A stretch of 64,000 bases of DNA, taken from NCBI GenBank assembly GCA_051362555.1, contig CM120649.1:11966001-12030000 (forward strand), given 5' to 3'. This stretch comes from Lingula anatina (taxonomy: Eukaryota > Animalia > Brachiopoda). Shown one piece after another: positions 12,764-26,500 of this stretch (position 1 is its first letter; each line of letters opens with the position of its first letter). Position numbers and translations under genes: made by a program. The notes under the pieces were generated by a model that was given only the letters and a program-made list of their open reading frames with translations, was not told the origin of the DNA and did no database searches.

Positions 12764-15700
12764 TCCACTAAAGGTTATATTACATGAAAACCATAATATC
12801 TAAATCACAGCATGTCCGTAACGCCTTCATATATGCAGACCGGAATCGATTTTTGTATCGACAATTCCAGTGCACATAACGGTATATATAACTAGTACGT
12901 TTTCTTCAATTCATACAATTTGTATTTTCTCATCGATCGATAGTATATAATCGATCTTCAGTGCTCAAAGTCGGATGGATCGTGACAGGCAAATACACGA
13001 CAATACATCACACTATGTTCTGACACTTATACATTGTACAACAAGAGATAGCGAATATTGCCATTTTACTCGCGACCCCCATGCCCACTTCCCACCCGAC
13101 AATACTCTTGTGATACATCAATTTTAAGAGCAGCGTTTGTTCTAAAGGTTAATTCTCTATTTTTATAATCTTACTAATTAATATTAATTATCATTATTAT
13201 TAATATTATTAATGAACTTCTAATTTTTCAGATTCAGACGCGTTTTATTGTTGATCCGATTCACGATTAAAAAAACCCGATTCATTCATTAATTTAAATA
13301 AGATGTGCTATAATGCACCCTGATACTAGAGGTATTCAATGCTTCGTTCCTCGTAGTAGTAGTAGTAGTAGTTCTATGCCATAGAGATCTGTTATGTGTT
13401 ATGCAGGGTGCTATAATGCTGACAACATTGCCATAATGTTTCAGTCCACGAGTTTTAATTTGAGTTTAATTATAGTACAAGGCTGTAAGTCAATGCACGC
13501 ATGACCCAGGCGCTCTTCAAATGCGAACTGTTTAATATTAAAATTCACTGTCTGTTCACTGTCGGTTACCACACAGTACAGCTAATGCTAATTGCGGTCA
13601 CATTGCTCAACACAAGTGATGTCTTATATGCTGCGTATTGCACAATTATACGACTCGGCGCATCGAGGATTTCTGCCTTGTGGGTCCTATTTGGAGGGGT
13701 GGGGGGGGGGGGGAGGGTAGTGTTCACAGTTCACGGGAAGTAAAACCATCAGTTCACAAATCACAGTAAATAAATCTCTATTCATATCTCATTGAAAATG
13801 TGCTTCACGGATCACGCTAAATAATATGAGCGTTTCACGCGTCTCGGGAAATAAAAAGTGGTTTCCACAGGGAATGCAAATACCCAACGGGACCCTTTCC
13901 TGAGTAAATTAACCACCATAGACTTCCACTGCCAGTTCTTTGCAATAGAAATGCAAAAAGACAGAACCCACAAGTGACGTTTTTTAAAATTATAATCCTT
14001 TACAAAAAGAGGCTGGAATCTCAACACGCATTTTTACCCCTCCTCTGCTAATTATATATTGTGAACACCCCCCCCCCCCTTGCCCCCACCACCACCATTT
14101 GTGGGACTGCCGCCTTGATTCGTGATCACCTGCTACAGTTAATACAGCAAAATTTATTAATATACAGGCGGATCAATTTTTGCCCCCCCCAACCCCCCCC
14201 CCCCCCACCCCACCCCCACCCCCACCCCCCCCCCGGTTTTTAACATCCTGGTTCCATCACAGAATATAAGTTCAAATCCCAGGAATGATAATCAGGAATT
14301 ATTCCTTTTATCTCCAATAACTCTATAACAAATGTCTATCAGGATCATTTACAGCCCTGGCAACGTCTCCCAGTGTGCTGTAATATTGAACTGACGATGA
14401 TGAAATCTCCAACAATATATTGACGCAAATTAAGACGTCGTACAAGTAGTGTTACGATGAAATCATAGAACGCAATCATATAAATCGTCTAGGAAAGGTT
14501 CTCTCTTCTAGCCTGGTGTGTTTAATTCAAATCACATTACCATATGCATACCTTCTCCCGCCGCTTTCATATTGTTACCTATAGCCTACATGTGTTGAAC
14601 AACATTATCTAGAAAGTTCCCCTCACGGCACCGTCTCTTACCTGTTGACATTTCGATCGCGCCGATTACGCCTTCAAACTCTTCCTTTAAACGACGCCAG
14701 GTGATCTAACGGTGTCTCAGAAATTTCTTAGATATTCGGATGATTTCAGAGGTATATTGGGAAAGAGTTTTATAGAAGCCAGGTTATGAAGAAATATCTC
14801 ATTAAAGCAGCTGATTTCGCAATGCCTTCGTTTCATGCGGGATTTTCGTGACCACGGATGTGAACACCAGGTGCCGCTAGTGTCGGGATGGCTCGTGCTT
14901 CGAATGTCATTAAAACAGATCATGCAGCTTAAAAAAAAAACTTTTTTCAATGTACACCAGTTCTTGAGACACAGAACGGTGTTCTGAAAACTTCTGGAAA
15001 TAATTTCTGTTTGTATGGCAGCAGTCTGGTAAAATTTATTAAACGTATAGGCCTACTTTCCGATAAATAGGCATTTTTAGTGATTTGAATCTCCAACCAC
15101 TTTTACCTACAAATGGCCATTAAAAAACTGAGATTATGACACGTAATGCATGAAAAGTCAGAAAAGGAATTACTGTTAAACTGTCGGGATCGGCGTTTGT
15201 CATTATCTATTCAAGACAAATAAAACATTTTAGTGAACAAGACTCGAGCCACTATTTTCACATTTATGGTCCAAGTGTGATAAAGGCAAAGTCCTCACTA
15301 TCGGCTTAAAGGATCAAAAACAGTGACAAAAAGGCATTTTCTTGAAAAATAAAATACTCCCACTCATGTTAATGAAAATAAAATTTGTTTGGGAAAGAAA
15401 TAATAAAAAACCTTCCTTACATTCACTGAAGGCCTGCAATATGGAGTTTAATTTTGATTGCGCGCATTGCGCTTGTTGTGATGGTTTCAATTAAGTATTA
15501 TATATAGCTTGGATGATGTGGGCACACAGGAAAGCACAATGACTGTTCTGAATTTTTCATTTCTTCTGTTATTATTGTACGGTTACTGACAAATAATAAT
15601 ACCTGAATATTACACATTTTAAAAATAAATCATGGAGAGTAAAATTGGAAAGATGGCGGTCAATAGGCCAACGTAGTTTCATTAACATGTGCGCGAAAAT

Positions 15701-16164
15701 ATTTTTTCCGTAATAGTAGACTAGCAGGGTAATCTCAAGTCGTCTTATATGGTTTTTAGGTTAATTTACCCAGTTAATTAACCAATTAAGTTTACAGTCG
15801 AGCGTGATGACGCCGGATCGGAGGAGGCTGCGGCCAGAAATACGGAGCACTAGTACATATACACTGACCTGAAAATGTCGTTGTGGCGGGGTGTTATCTT
15901 TTTATCTTTTACGTGTCGACCTTGTATCAGCTAAGGCTCGAAAGACTGCAGTCATGAACTCGCGTAACGGAAGCTGCTGAACTTTGAAGTCAAAATTGTC
16001 TCGCTTTATTTGGAGTTAGGCTAGGAGATTGAGGTCAGGTATAATATTTTTAAAGCAAATATATTGTTTTAAGCCTATATGTTCGTCTACGAAGAATTTA
16101 GCTGCAAATATGTATTGGCTAGAGTAATAGTGTACATCGGCTATTTTAGCTAAGTCTTATCACT

Positions 16165-16402
16165 CAGTGGCGGATTTAGGGGGAGTGACAGGGGGATCCT
16201 GACCCCCCTTTGATTTCTGAAAAAAAAATCACACTAATGGTCCCCTCTTCAAATTAAAATTTTGACCAAATGGCGCCTCTAAAATACCAAAATCTTTCAA
16301 GGCACTTAAGCGGGCCACGAACCCCACTCCAAAGGGGGGAGCTAGAGGGTCGGCGTCGCATCCAAGCCCCCTAGCTCCTTCAAATAATCCTGGATCCGCC
16401 CG
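16165..16402. mobile_element. MITE, CAGTGGCGGAT family (5-bp TSD)
   Basis: cagtggcggatt..aataatcctggatccgcccg, flanked by TCACT on both sides. Confidence 0.75.
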
Positions 16403-16606
16403 TCACTGTCTTATCTGGTTATCCAGAGCATGGGACATGCACGGTCACTATTCTCTGAGCTCCGCAAGTTTCAGATCTAGAGACCCCAAAGCTCACCTTT
16501 CTATTCCATGTATTTAAAGGTGAGGTATCTGAACGGGAATGCCGGTTGATTGTTGATTAGGTGAGTTTCCTGGGACCTCGGAACTCAAGGCCACATGGAT
16601 CTCTAA

Positions 16607-16791
16607 GGGCGCATGCAGAACGGCGGACTTACCAGTTCGTGGATCAAATATGGCGACCCACTTAAAAGCTTGCCATCTAACCCTCCAATAGACAGTGAAT
16701 ACATTCTTCGCGAGGATTAAGCAACAAGCATTCAAGTGGGTCGGCCATATTTGATCTGAGGACGATTTAGTCCGCTGTTCTGAATGTGCCC
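16607..16791. mobile_element. PIF/Harbinger-type MITE
   Basis: gggcgcatgcagaac..gttctgaatgtgccc, flanks TAA/TTA; homologous to 7341-7500. Confidence 0.7.
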
Positions 16792-17136
16792 TTAAAACAT
16801 ACGTGTAAATGTTTACGTGCACCTTCACGTATATTTACGGGAATTTCCTATTGGGTCTTATGGAACGTGGGGTCCTATAAGGGCTAGTTTCCTAAAGGGC
16901 GTCCTGTATAGGATGTCTGATAGAGTTCGTATAGAGTCCCATAGAGTCCTATAGGGCGTCCTATAGGAAGTTTTCTTAAAAATTGTAGGTTAATATCCTC
17001 GGCTGACAGGAGAAAGTTGCAATTAATCAACTTTGAGTTCGACGTCAAAGTGACGCGGTATACGTGTATATACAAGGTTGGGCTAGTGCATGTAGGCCTT
17101 ATACGTTCTATACTCTCTGTACTTGGCTCTAAGACT

Positions 17137-17389
17137 GGGCTCTCAAACCTACATCGATCTAACAGGATCAATCTATCTCGGAGAGGTTTCTCGCTAAATC
17201 GCTTTCAGTTTAAGCGGCTTAGATGTCTGTCACGACTACTGAAGCTGCTAAACGATAATTATTTACCCCCTAGCAGCTTTAGTAGGTGTGACAGACATCT
17301 AAGCCGCTTAAGCTGGTTGCAATTTAGCGAGAATCGCCTCGGAGATAGATCGATCCACAGTTGGTACGATAGGGTCTGGGAATGGTCCC
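17137..17389. mobile_element. Palindromic MITE
   Basis: Inverted arms (ttaagcggcttagatgtctgtcac / gtgacagacatctaagccgcttaa); same family as 48476-48733 and 58402-58656. Confidence 0.7.
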
Positions 17390-17952
17390 TCATGTGCTAC
17401 AGTACATGTAGGCTTACCCCTCAGGGAGCAGCATGTTTTGTGACTAACATATTATCTTGTTTACTATATTGCATGACCTAGTAATTTAAAAGTCTTCCGT
17501 GAGTGAACACTAACTTTTGCAAGCAGCGGCATGTCTCCGATTACCTCAGGGTGTGAGTTTAAATAGACTGTGTTGCAGTGTTATTGCAATTACTTTGATT
17601 TCGCACAAACAGTAAGTAGGCCCTACTATACTAGCATATGTGCATGTTGTTGGCCTACTAGTACCGTCGAACGAAGATACATATATGTAGCCTTACCGGT
17701 AGGTCACTGGTAGGCCTATGTAGTATATAGGCCTACACTGTATGTATACAATATATGTATTAACTCGACGGTATATATAAGGAGCGCATACAACACTCTC
17801 CCTCCACCTGGGGTTTGCCATTGCCTCTTGATCTCTCAAAAGCTGTCTACCCTACTGGATTTCTTATTTTGTTTTCCCCGTAATGTCATTGTAACTTCGA
17901 TCGTTTCTTTTACCTATTTTAGCACTGAACGACTGTATACAATCAGAGAGTA

Positions 17953-19166
17953 ATGGAACGTTGGACAGGACGCGTTGCCTTGGTAACAGGAGCCTCCCTC
18001 GGTATAGGTGCTGCCATCTGCCGAGCACTGGTGAAGAACGGTATGGTGGTCGTTGGATGCGCCAGACATTTGGACGCTCTTCAGGTAGCTTTCAATTACA
18101 AAATGTCCGTATGTAGTGTTAGTAATAATTATCTTGACCAAGGAATCGTTCCAGGCGTTAATTGTGTGTTTGATTATATGTAACGAAATATCACACAATT
18201 AAGATGAAAAACGAAAACTTTTTACTAAGGATTAATCTCTACATGCGTCAAAATTTAAAACAGAAGGATTCCGTAACGACTAAATCTCTTTTTCTTTTAG
18301 AGGAATGTGTTTATTTTGAACTTAAATTAAACTTTATGTGATTTATTTATTTTAAATTTTTATCGGAATTTATATATCTGTGCATCTTCAGCCTTTTGGT
18401 TGCAAAGATTTTAAATAAACTTATTATTATTATTAGTATGAAATGTTACGCTAGAATTTAGCAAAGGAATTAGGAGAGGAAAAGGGAAAGTTCATCCCCA
18501 TCAAATGCGATCTCACGATAACGGACGAGATTGACTCCATGTTCCGGGCCATCAAAGAGGAGGTCGGAGGGGTGGACGTGTGTGTAAACAACGCCGGCGT
18601 CAATCTGGCCTCGCCTCTACTTACGGGGGAAAGAGAGGATTTTAAAACCGTTCTAGATGTAAGCAAGCTGTTTTAGTCCAAAGTGCTTACGAGGTCTTCG
18701 GTGTGATTTAAGCTTTGAGAAGATGACTTTACAGTGCCATTAACCATTTAGTCTTTTAGAATTACTTTTAAAATGTGATTAGGAACATAGGCTGAGAAAA
18801 TGCTTTTGGCCTACCACTCGTGAAACTCATCTGGTAGTTAAATGAAGGCAAAGAAAGAGATTTCTGATAGACCAAGAGAAGGGCATAAACCTAAACTATA
18901 TAAAAAATGAAACATATTTTTTAAATATCTTTCTCTGCACCTTGCAGATGGATATGTATTGAGCTTATTATAGTCTTTGCCTATTGTCGTGTAAAGATGT
19001 TATAATTGGAGTTTTTCTCTTTAAGCATTGCGATGGTATATTTTTAGTTGAATGTGTTCGCTGTGACAATCGTCACACAGCTGGCTATAAAGTCTATGAG
19101 AGAGCGTAATGTGGATGATGGCCATATAATTAACATCGGCAGGTGAGCCACTATCCCTTCTCCCTC

Positions 19167-19197
<31 letters not shown>

Positions 19198-19823
19198 GCG
19201 TGTGTGGGTGAATGTATTTGTGCGTAAGTTATCGCTGGAAGAGAACCAGATTATATAGCGCCTGTATCTATCAGTATTTACTGCCAATGGAAACGTGTTA
19301 AACGATTTGATCGCTTTCTGACGTCTCTTGGTCGGTCTCCGGTCTGAGTTGTCCAAATACATGTATGATCCCCCTCGTTTTCCAGCGTAAGTTGCCGTCA
19401 GGTACGTGAAGGGACGCTGTCTCACTTCTACGCCGGCTCCAAGTTTGCTCTGCAGGCTCTGACGGAAGGTCTCCGCCATGAACTGCGAAATGCCAACACC
19501 AGGATCCGCACCACGGTGAGAGACAGAGAATTTATCATTTATAATTTTGTATTATCACCTCTCAATATATTTTTCTCTGCAACAAATAAATGTTAAAGAG
19601 AAATAAACTTGTTGTACTGTAGAATGATATCAGTTGCCGGAAATGCCAGAGACATTTTGCCAGGGGCATTTTGTTTTCAAAATTACACCGACTGGGACTC
19701 CAAGGAAATCCGAATGGTTTTATGGGTTTAATTCATTTTTAAAAGACTTAAAATGCTTCATATTTAATTATTATTGAATATAGTATATTTAAACTTTATG
19801 AAAAAAATTAATTCCCCCAAAAA

Positions 19824-19863
<40 letters not shown>

Positions 19864-20445
19864 ACATATAGACCAAATGCGCATTGTATTCTTTAAAAGC
19901 ATCGACGCGATTTCTTAGAGTGTAATACTCCAGATCCGCAGTCGACAATGTTCCTGATTAAGATCAAGATGTAGGCCTACTGTATGTGTACTGCCTAAGA
20001 AATGGAATACATCTTGGTCACTCCACTTTTTAGATCATCAGCCCCAGTTTGACGGACACTCCGTTGGCTAGAGGTTTAAAGGATCATGGATTACCGCCCT
20101 TTACTGCTACAGTGGTATGTACGTCGATCTGTTTCCGGGCACATAATATGGCCGCATTCAGAACAGGGGACTAACTAGTCCACGGGTCAAATATGGCCGA
20201 CCCACATGAACACTTCCCCACGGGGAATCTATTCAATCTCTACCCACTGTTCTGAATGCAGCCTATAACTAATTTAAACCGGAAATAATCTCCCTAACAT
20301 CACCGGACGATAAGATCAGAGCCGGGTTGCCATTTCGATCCCCATCACAGATGAAGTCACGAAGTTGCGATGTGAACTTCTTATTTATATTTATATACGT
20401 ATTTAAGGAAAACCGAATTTTGTGCTACATGTTGCAGGCCCGTAG

Positions 20446-20480
<35 letters not shown>

Positions 20481-21369
20481 TGGGGGGGGGGTCGGGGGGT
20501 TCGAAAGAACCGCCCCTTTTGCTGGGAAAAGGTCCACTCTGGGTAAAAATTGAACTAGGTATATTATGTTTTTATGGGAAAAGGTCCACTTTTTCAGAAA
20601 AAGAACCCCCCTTTTGAAATTGCTGGCTACGGGCCTGTGTTGTCATTTTTTAAAGGTTTGTTTCACCCCAGCAGGCAAACGACATTGATTCTACGTTGAT
20701 TCAACGTTGATCCACCAAAATTAACGTTGATTCAACGGTGAATCAATGTCGTTTGTCTTGTCTTTGGCTGACTTGAGTGGCACAAAAATTAACTCTTAGC
20801 TTAGAATATTATAAATTTCCATTTGCGCATTTGCTTGGCAGTAGTGTAAAAAGACATAAAAGCGGATTAACAAAATGACACAGGAATAAATCCAACCAAG
20901 TTTAAAGGTAGATGGCGTCAAAATTTGATAAAAAAGTTTTAAAACTACTGTATGTTTTTAGACAGATCCTTGGTTAGGCTAACTCTAACACTCTTGAACA
21001 GCTTCTTCCGACCATTAAGAAATTGGAATTTTGTGACGTCATCTCAACCTAACCTGGTCCGGTTTAACTGTGTCTGAACACCTTGTGTTTTGACAGAGTC
21101 TGAAAGCGGAAGACGTGGCAGATGCTTTAATCTATGCACTTGGCGCTCCTCCTAACGTTAACGTGAGTATTGAAGATTAGGTTTAAATTCTGGCGTTTTG
21201 GAAATCCCGTTTGATAACTTGGTTTCATATCAACCGAGCACTTGTAGCCGTAAGTCTTTTTTTTCTGATAGAAGTTGATGTGCTTTGGTATTTTTTTTAC
21301 CTCACTGCATATTGCTTTACATTGTAGGTACGTGAAATATGTCTTGCAGGTGTATCTGCTCCAATGTGA
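17953..21369 (+). CDS. DHRS11: Short-chain dehydrogenase/reductase, DHRS11-like
   Basis: Exons 17953-18084 ([23 protein letters not shown]), 18455-18658 (..[12 protein letters not shown]..), 19048-19142 (..[16 protein letters not shown]), 19386-19515 (..[21 protein letters not shown]..), 20034-20114 (IISPSLTDT..), 21097-21162 ([22 protein letters not shown]). Terminal exon is either 21328-21369 ([13 protein letters not shown]) or 25078-25113 (ISNIVAVPQGQ*). TGxxxGIG, NNAG and YxxxK intact; all phases consistent. Confidence 0.92.
20150..20263. mobile_element. PIF/Harbinger-type MITE (internally deleted)
   Basis: ggccgcattcagaacag..ctgttctgaatgcagcc with TSD TAT. Confidence 0.75.
20435..20637. 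mobile_element. MITE, CAGGCCCGTAGCC family
   Basis: Reverse orientation of 2851-3047; exact 5-bp TSD TGTTG. Confidence 0.85.
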
Positions 21370-22743
21370 GGCCTATCTGTGGGAAAAAGTGGTAAATGGC
21401 CAACGGCACACACAAAACGCAGTTATAACGATAGCATGTAGGTTTTTGGTTATATAAACGTCGTGGTAATGTCATAATAACGTTTTGTGTTTGCTGCAAG
21501 TTTTGCCGTACTTAGAGGTGAAACAAAATATCGCTTCACCGGTGGATTTAAATCTAAACACTATACTACGAAGCCATGTGAATACTTGGGATGAAGTAAC
21601 CCAGCGGGCAAATTATGTTGTTTTAACATTGAAACAACGTTGAACCATAACGTTGAGAAGACATTGGATAAACATTGGATTTAAAAGTTGTGTCAACCTC
21701 AGATAACAACGTTGTATCAACGTCAGAAAACAATGTTATATCAACCCACCCAGCGGGAAATTACAACGTACACATATTATGACGTACACTGTAAAAACAT
21801 CCAAGTGCCTGCTTTGTCTGAAATTTTCAACGCATTTAGCTCCTAAGCACGTTTTGCACCCAAGCATGGTACACCCTTTTAGCCTGGATGTGTTTAGCAG
21901 TAGGACATGTTTGATGGCTAAATATATGTAGGGTATAAATGTATGGCCTTTAAGTTAAAATTTCCAAGGTTTAGATTTATATATACATATATATATATAT
22001 ATATACTGGGCAATTGAAACATTTTGACGGAATGCTCATTGAACTATGTCTATTTTCAGTGTTAAAGTACTCTGTCATAGCTGTATTGGGTAGGAACGAC
22101 ATCCCCTTACTGATAATCTATTTACCATTAGCAGGTAAAACCTTTGCCTTACCATAGAACCCGACTCACATCTCGACTTCCATGTATCTCCAAATAAAGA
22201 AGTTTTATAAACTGGACTCCGTTCTCAACTGTGACTTTTAAAGCATACAAGAAAAGACCGATAGTTGTTAGCCCATTAATTAATTTACATATTTCATATA
22301 CAGTATTATAAACCTCACTTGGGGCAGGTGGTAGACTTTAACCACATCACTCCAAAATAACAGTATATTATAAGCATCAATAATTAAAAATACCTACATA
22401 TAAAGAGTTTTCTATTTTGGTAAATTGGAAAAAAAAATTGGAAAATGCGAAACTTGCGCAGCACAAGTGAAACCCCACTGTGTAGACTTCTACACCATTC
22501 ACTGGGACACAGGAAGTGCTTCCTCTTCCCTTCTTGTCCATGTATTATCTAAAAACTTTTTACACTGACAAGTGAGATGCCCTAAATTTCAATTTGAGAG
22601 GCAAAGTATGCTGCCTACATACATGTAGAATGTTTATTTTTACCACACCACTCAACAGTAAAAAACAGAACCACACGAGTTGTGAAATTGTATCATAAAC
22701 AAATCCATTCAGTAGAAGAGCAATAATCAGTAATAATTTGTAA

Positions 22744-23160
22744 CTAGAAAAGCACTCTGAGAGCGCAGACCTCTGCCAAGGCAGCAAAGTCTTTACCCAA
22801 TGCCGTTTCACCCCTAAATTTTCATTCTATGATGATTTAGTTTTCTAATTATTGATTGATTTTTGATCCAGATCACCCCCAAAAACTTATCATCTGTTCC
22901 TTGGCCCACTTCTGACAGTTACCAAAAATTTCATCAAAATCGGTCCATAACTTAGTTTTTTTTATTTTTGATAATTGATAATTGATTGATTATTGATCAC
23001 CACCAAAAATAAACACTTCTTAGTTAACCCATTTCTGACCTATCCAGAAATTTCCATCGAAATTTATCCATAACTTTTTGAGTTATGTTGATGACAGACA
23101 AACAGACAGACAGACAGACAAACAAACAGGGGTGAAAACATACCCCCCTTGGCAGAGGTG
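22744..23160. mobile_element. Non-autonomous Helentron-type element (HINE/DINE-1-like)
   Basis: Starts aa|ctagaaaagcactc; subterminal inverted repeat cctctgccaagg/ccttggcagagg; (GACA)n next to the terminal palindrome; A-rich flanks, no TSD. Partial reverse copy at 51336-51470. Confidence 0.75.
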
Positions 23161-23593
23161 ATAATAATGCTATACTAAATGTACTACTGTTGCTGAGAGC
23201 ATGTAGAAAATAAAGGCTTGTGCAGGGCTTCACACCCATTAAGAATGAAAGAGTTAAAAAAATAATAATTATATGAAAACTCTTTGTCAGCTTTTCCATT
23301 ATCATTACTGAAAGTTTTCATTATTTACCATCATTGTTTTTCTTTTATTTATACCAGCAAAATATTCAGGAAAGTGACAGTGCCACCAATGGTAATGGAC
23401 AGAAACAGACGACAGAGATCTAAAAACTAAAATGACACCACTCTTGTCTGTTTGTCTAAGGAAAGCAGGTATCAATGAGTTCTATTAGAAAGCTGTTTCT
23501 GTGCTTCATCCTTCTCTGTGTGATAACTGAAATTAGCCATGAAGTTCAGTGCTCCAGTTTTGAGAACAATGCCATAATGGTACCCGACCACAC

Positions 23594-26500
23594 TTAGTCC
23601 TGAAGATAATTCTCCTCATTCAAGTCTTTTAAATGACCTTCACCTTCAATGTTGTGGCCCATGTCGGAAATTGCTTGGCGTAGAAACTCTTGTTGGCGCC
23701 ACAGGTGATAGCTCTCCCAAATTTTAGGGAACAGCTGTAATGAAAAAGCAATTATGAGGAGTAGCTAAAAAGTAATGGAAAGGGTAACACAAAACATTCT
23801 TACAATTAAAAACAGGTGTCAAGTGCCAATCCACTTTTTCATTTTTCAATTATTTCTAAGAAATTACTGGCACCTATTATACCCGGTATTAAACTGGGGT
23901 CGAAGCTTTAAATATAGGTGAATTATACTTGTACTCTGCCTCCTAGAGGGGAATGGGTTTCAAATGAAACAAATTATTCCACTGTTTGAAGCACCGGTCA
24001 TGGGAGAAGTCACTAACAGGTACTTGCAATCCACTGTATGCTACATTCTTGAGAGCAATTATTACCAAAGAAAAAATTCAATCAGGATACATTCTGTACA
24101 TGTATTAAATGATGATTCTAATACTAGTAAAAAGGTTTACTGGTTATGTAGAGCTATAGTGTCTTATTTTCATGTCCATGAGGGCTTTTCTTATGTTGTT
24201 AGCACAGCGACACCTGGGTGAGGATTAAAGATGCATTAAGACAGAGACAAACCTAAATTGGTGTTTGGTCTTGGCTTTTACTAACACTACCCGCAGATAT
24301 TTTACCACTAACGCCCATATTAACCACATAACCCACAAATAACCAACACACCGTAAAAGTATTTACCACTACCAGAGCAATTCCTAGCACTAACATTCAT
24401 CTGCTTTGGTAATGGTAAATACTTTTACGGTGTGTTGGTTAACTCATGGGATTTGTGGTTAATGTGGGTGTTAGTGCTAAAAGATCTGCTGGTAGTATTA
24501 ATAAATACCTAATCCATTTACAAGGCCATCTACATAAAATATACATAAATGAAAAAAAAAAATCAATAGTGGATGGGTCCTGACCTAATCTTTGGCTTTA
24601 AAATAATCTGGTGACATCATTTGTGTCTGAACCAGTCCATGTTTATATCTGCCTGAATGCACCTTTAGATAACTGACATTAGCATTGCTTACCATTACTA
24701 CTTTGTACCCCAAAATCTCCAGCTGCCTCGTCTCTTGACTAGTTCTGGTACCTGAGAGAACCCTCATGAGGTGGTATTTTTTTGGCAGATTGATAGCAAC
24801 CCTATTGATAAATAATAGAAGCTGGAATTGAAAATGCTCTCACACAGCAAGCATGTGTATTGTGTTTATATCTCCAGGAGAATATGTTTTTGATTAGCAA
24901 AGAAAAAAATCATTGGATATATCTTTTTCTTTTAAAATATATTATTCATTTTTCAATTAACATCTTGAATACAGTAAATAAAATTAAATAAAGCAAATTT
25001 AAATGTTTTATGTTTCATTTTGGACTAATGGCATTCAACTGCAGATTCACTGTGGAGCAGTTCTTTTTGATTGACAGATATCGAACATTGTCGCTGTTCC
25101 TCAGGGCCAGTAAAGCGATGAATAGTTATCAAGCTAGCTTTAATGTGCCTTGACACTCAGGGTATCCAGCAGTCAACTGGACAGAATCTTCAAGCACAGG
25201 AAAGTCTATCAGCTTGTTAAAAATCTTCTGGCTGAAATATCCCCACTCTTCTCCACCCCCACTCTTCTGTTCATGAATCAAATTTAAAGTTTAGCCAGAT
25301 TTGTACTTAGCACAATTTGTTGGGTAAGCAAGTAGTAAAGAGGGTCAGGGCATTATCTCATGAGGACTGCACTCCAATTGACTGCTATTGGTTCAATTGC
25401 ACATGGATGAAAAAAGTTATCAAAATGGCAGTGGGAAATTGACACATACTTGACTGATCCAACTGTAAAAGAGTAAATGTGAAGGTCACATTCTCTTAAA
25501 TACTTTTCCCGCATTGTCATTGTAACTAGGAGGGGGGTAGGGGTAAAATGATGGTCCATTTATGGTCTGGCATAGTAGTTAACCTACATTTAGGATGGCC
25601 TGTTTCAATATCCTGGGAAGATCACTGATGTTATTTATAAACTCTCGAGAAAGCTTTCTGACAGCAATTACTCATGCAATTCTAATGACATGAATTAATA
25701 AAATGAAAGTGAAAAGTGCGAGTTTTGCTTCATTGTGTTGATTCAAACATTTTGAAAAGTGAGTGGACTTATTGCCAGAGAGAGAACATCCTCATATCTA
25801 AGAAAGATATCTTCAAAGAGTAAAAATATTAGAAATAGTAAAGCATGCGGAAATTTGAAGTAAAATTATTACTGTACTTTCTGTGTGTATGGCTTGAGTT
25901 AAATTCCTCCACTGGGATTGGTCTGTTCTGGCTGTCAAACTGCATTTCAAAATCTGCAACGAAATGAAAGTTTTAAATGCTGACAAATTCATGCTTTTTT
26001 ATGATTCTACATAAACAAGACTGCTAAATAATACATATTTTAACTTAATCAAATAAGCCATTTTAAAGGTACACATGAACCCAGCATCAGTGGAGTGTGA
26101 ATTCCCAGTAACACTTCCACTAGTTTCTTATACAATTGAATTACAGTCAGCATGCCAAGGGATAAACTGAATCAATCAGTCAATCAGCCATAAAAGAGCT
26201 TTAGACTACTCCTTTCTTTAAATTTTTCATCAGAAAAAGCTCTGAATTTAAAGGGATAACAACTGTTCGTAAGATATCTATATTTCACAATAAATACATT
26301 GTAAAGAACTCATAGAAATACAATTATACTGGAATTTGTGCTTGCCATCACATCACTTGACCTCCATAGATGGCTACACTCTGTAATACTCTCTTAAGAG
26401 AATATTACAAAAAGACACTTTTTAGAAAAAAAAAAAAAAAAAAAAAAAAAACAGGGAATTACTTTGAATGTGGATTTATTAACCATTGGTGAGTATGGAA

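Noticed and set aside
20667-22061. CCCAGC- and CACTG-initiated segments with caacgttg subrepeats (EnSpm-like)
   Set aside because: Probably fragments of non-autonomous elements, but paired ends and TSDs could not be fixed.
23358-23423. Third possible DHRS11 terminal exon (QNIQESDS..TEI*)
   Set aside because: Good acceptor but no resemblance to the SDR final beta-strand.
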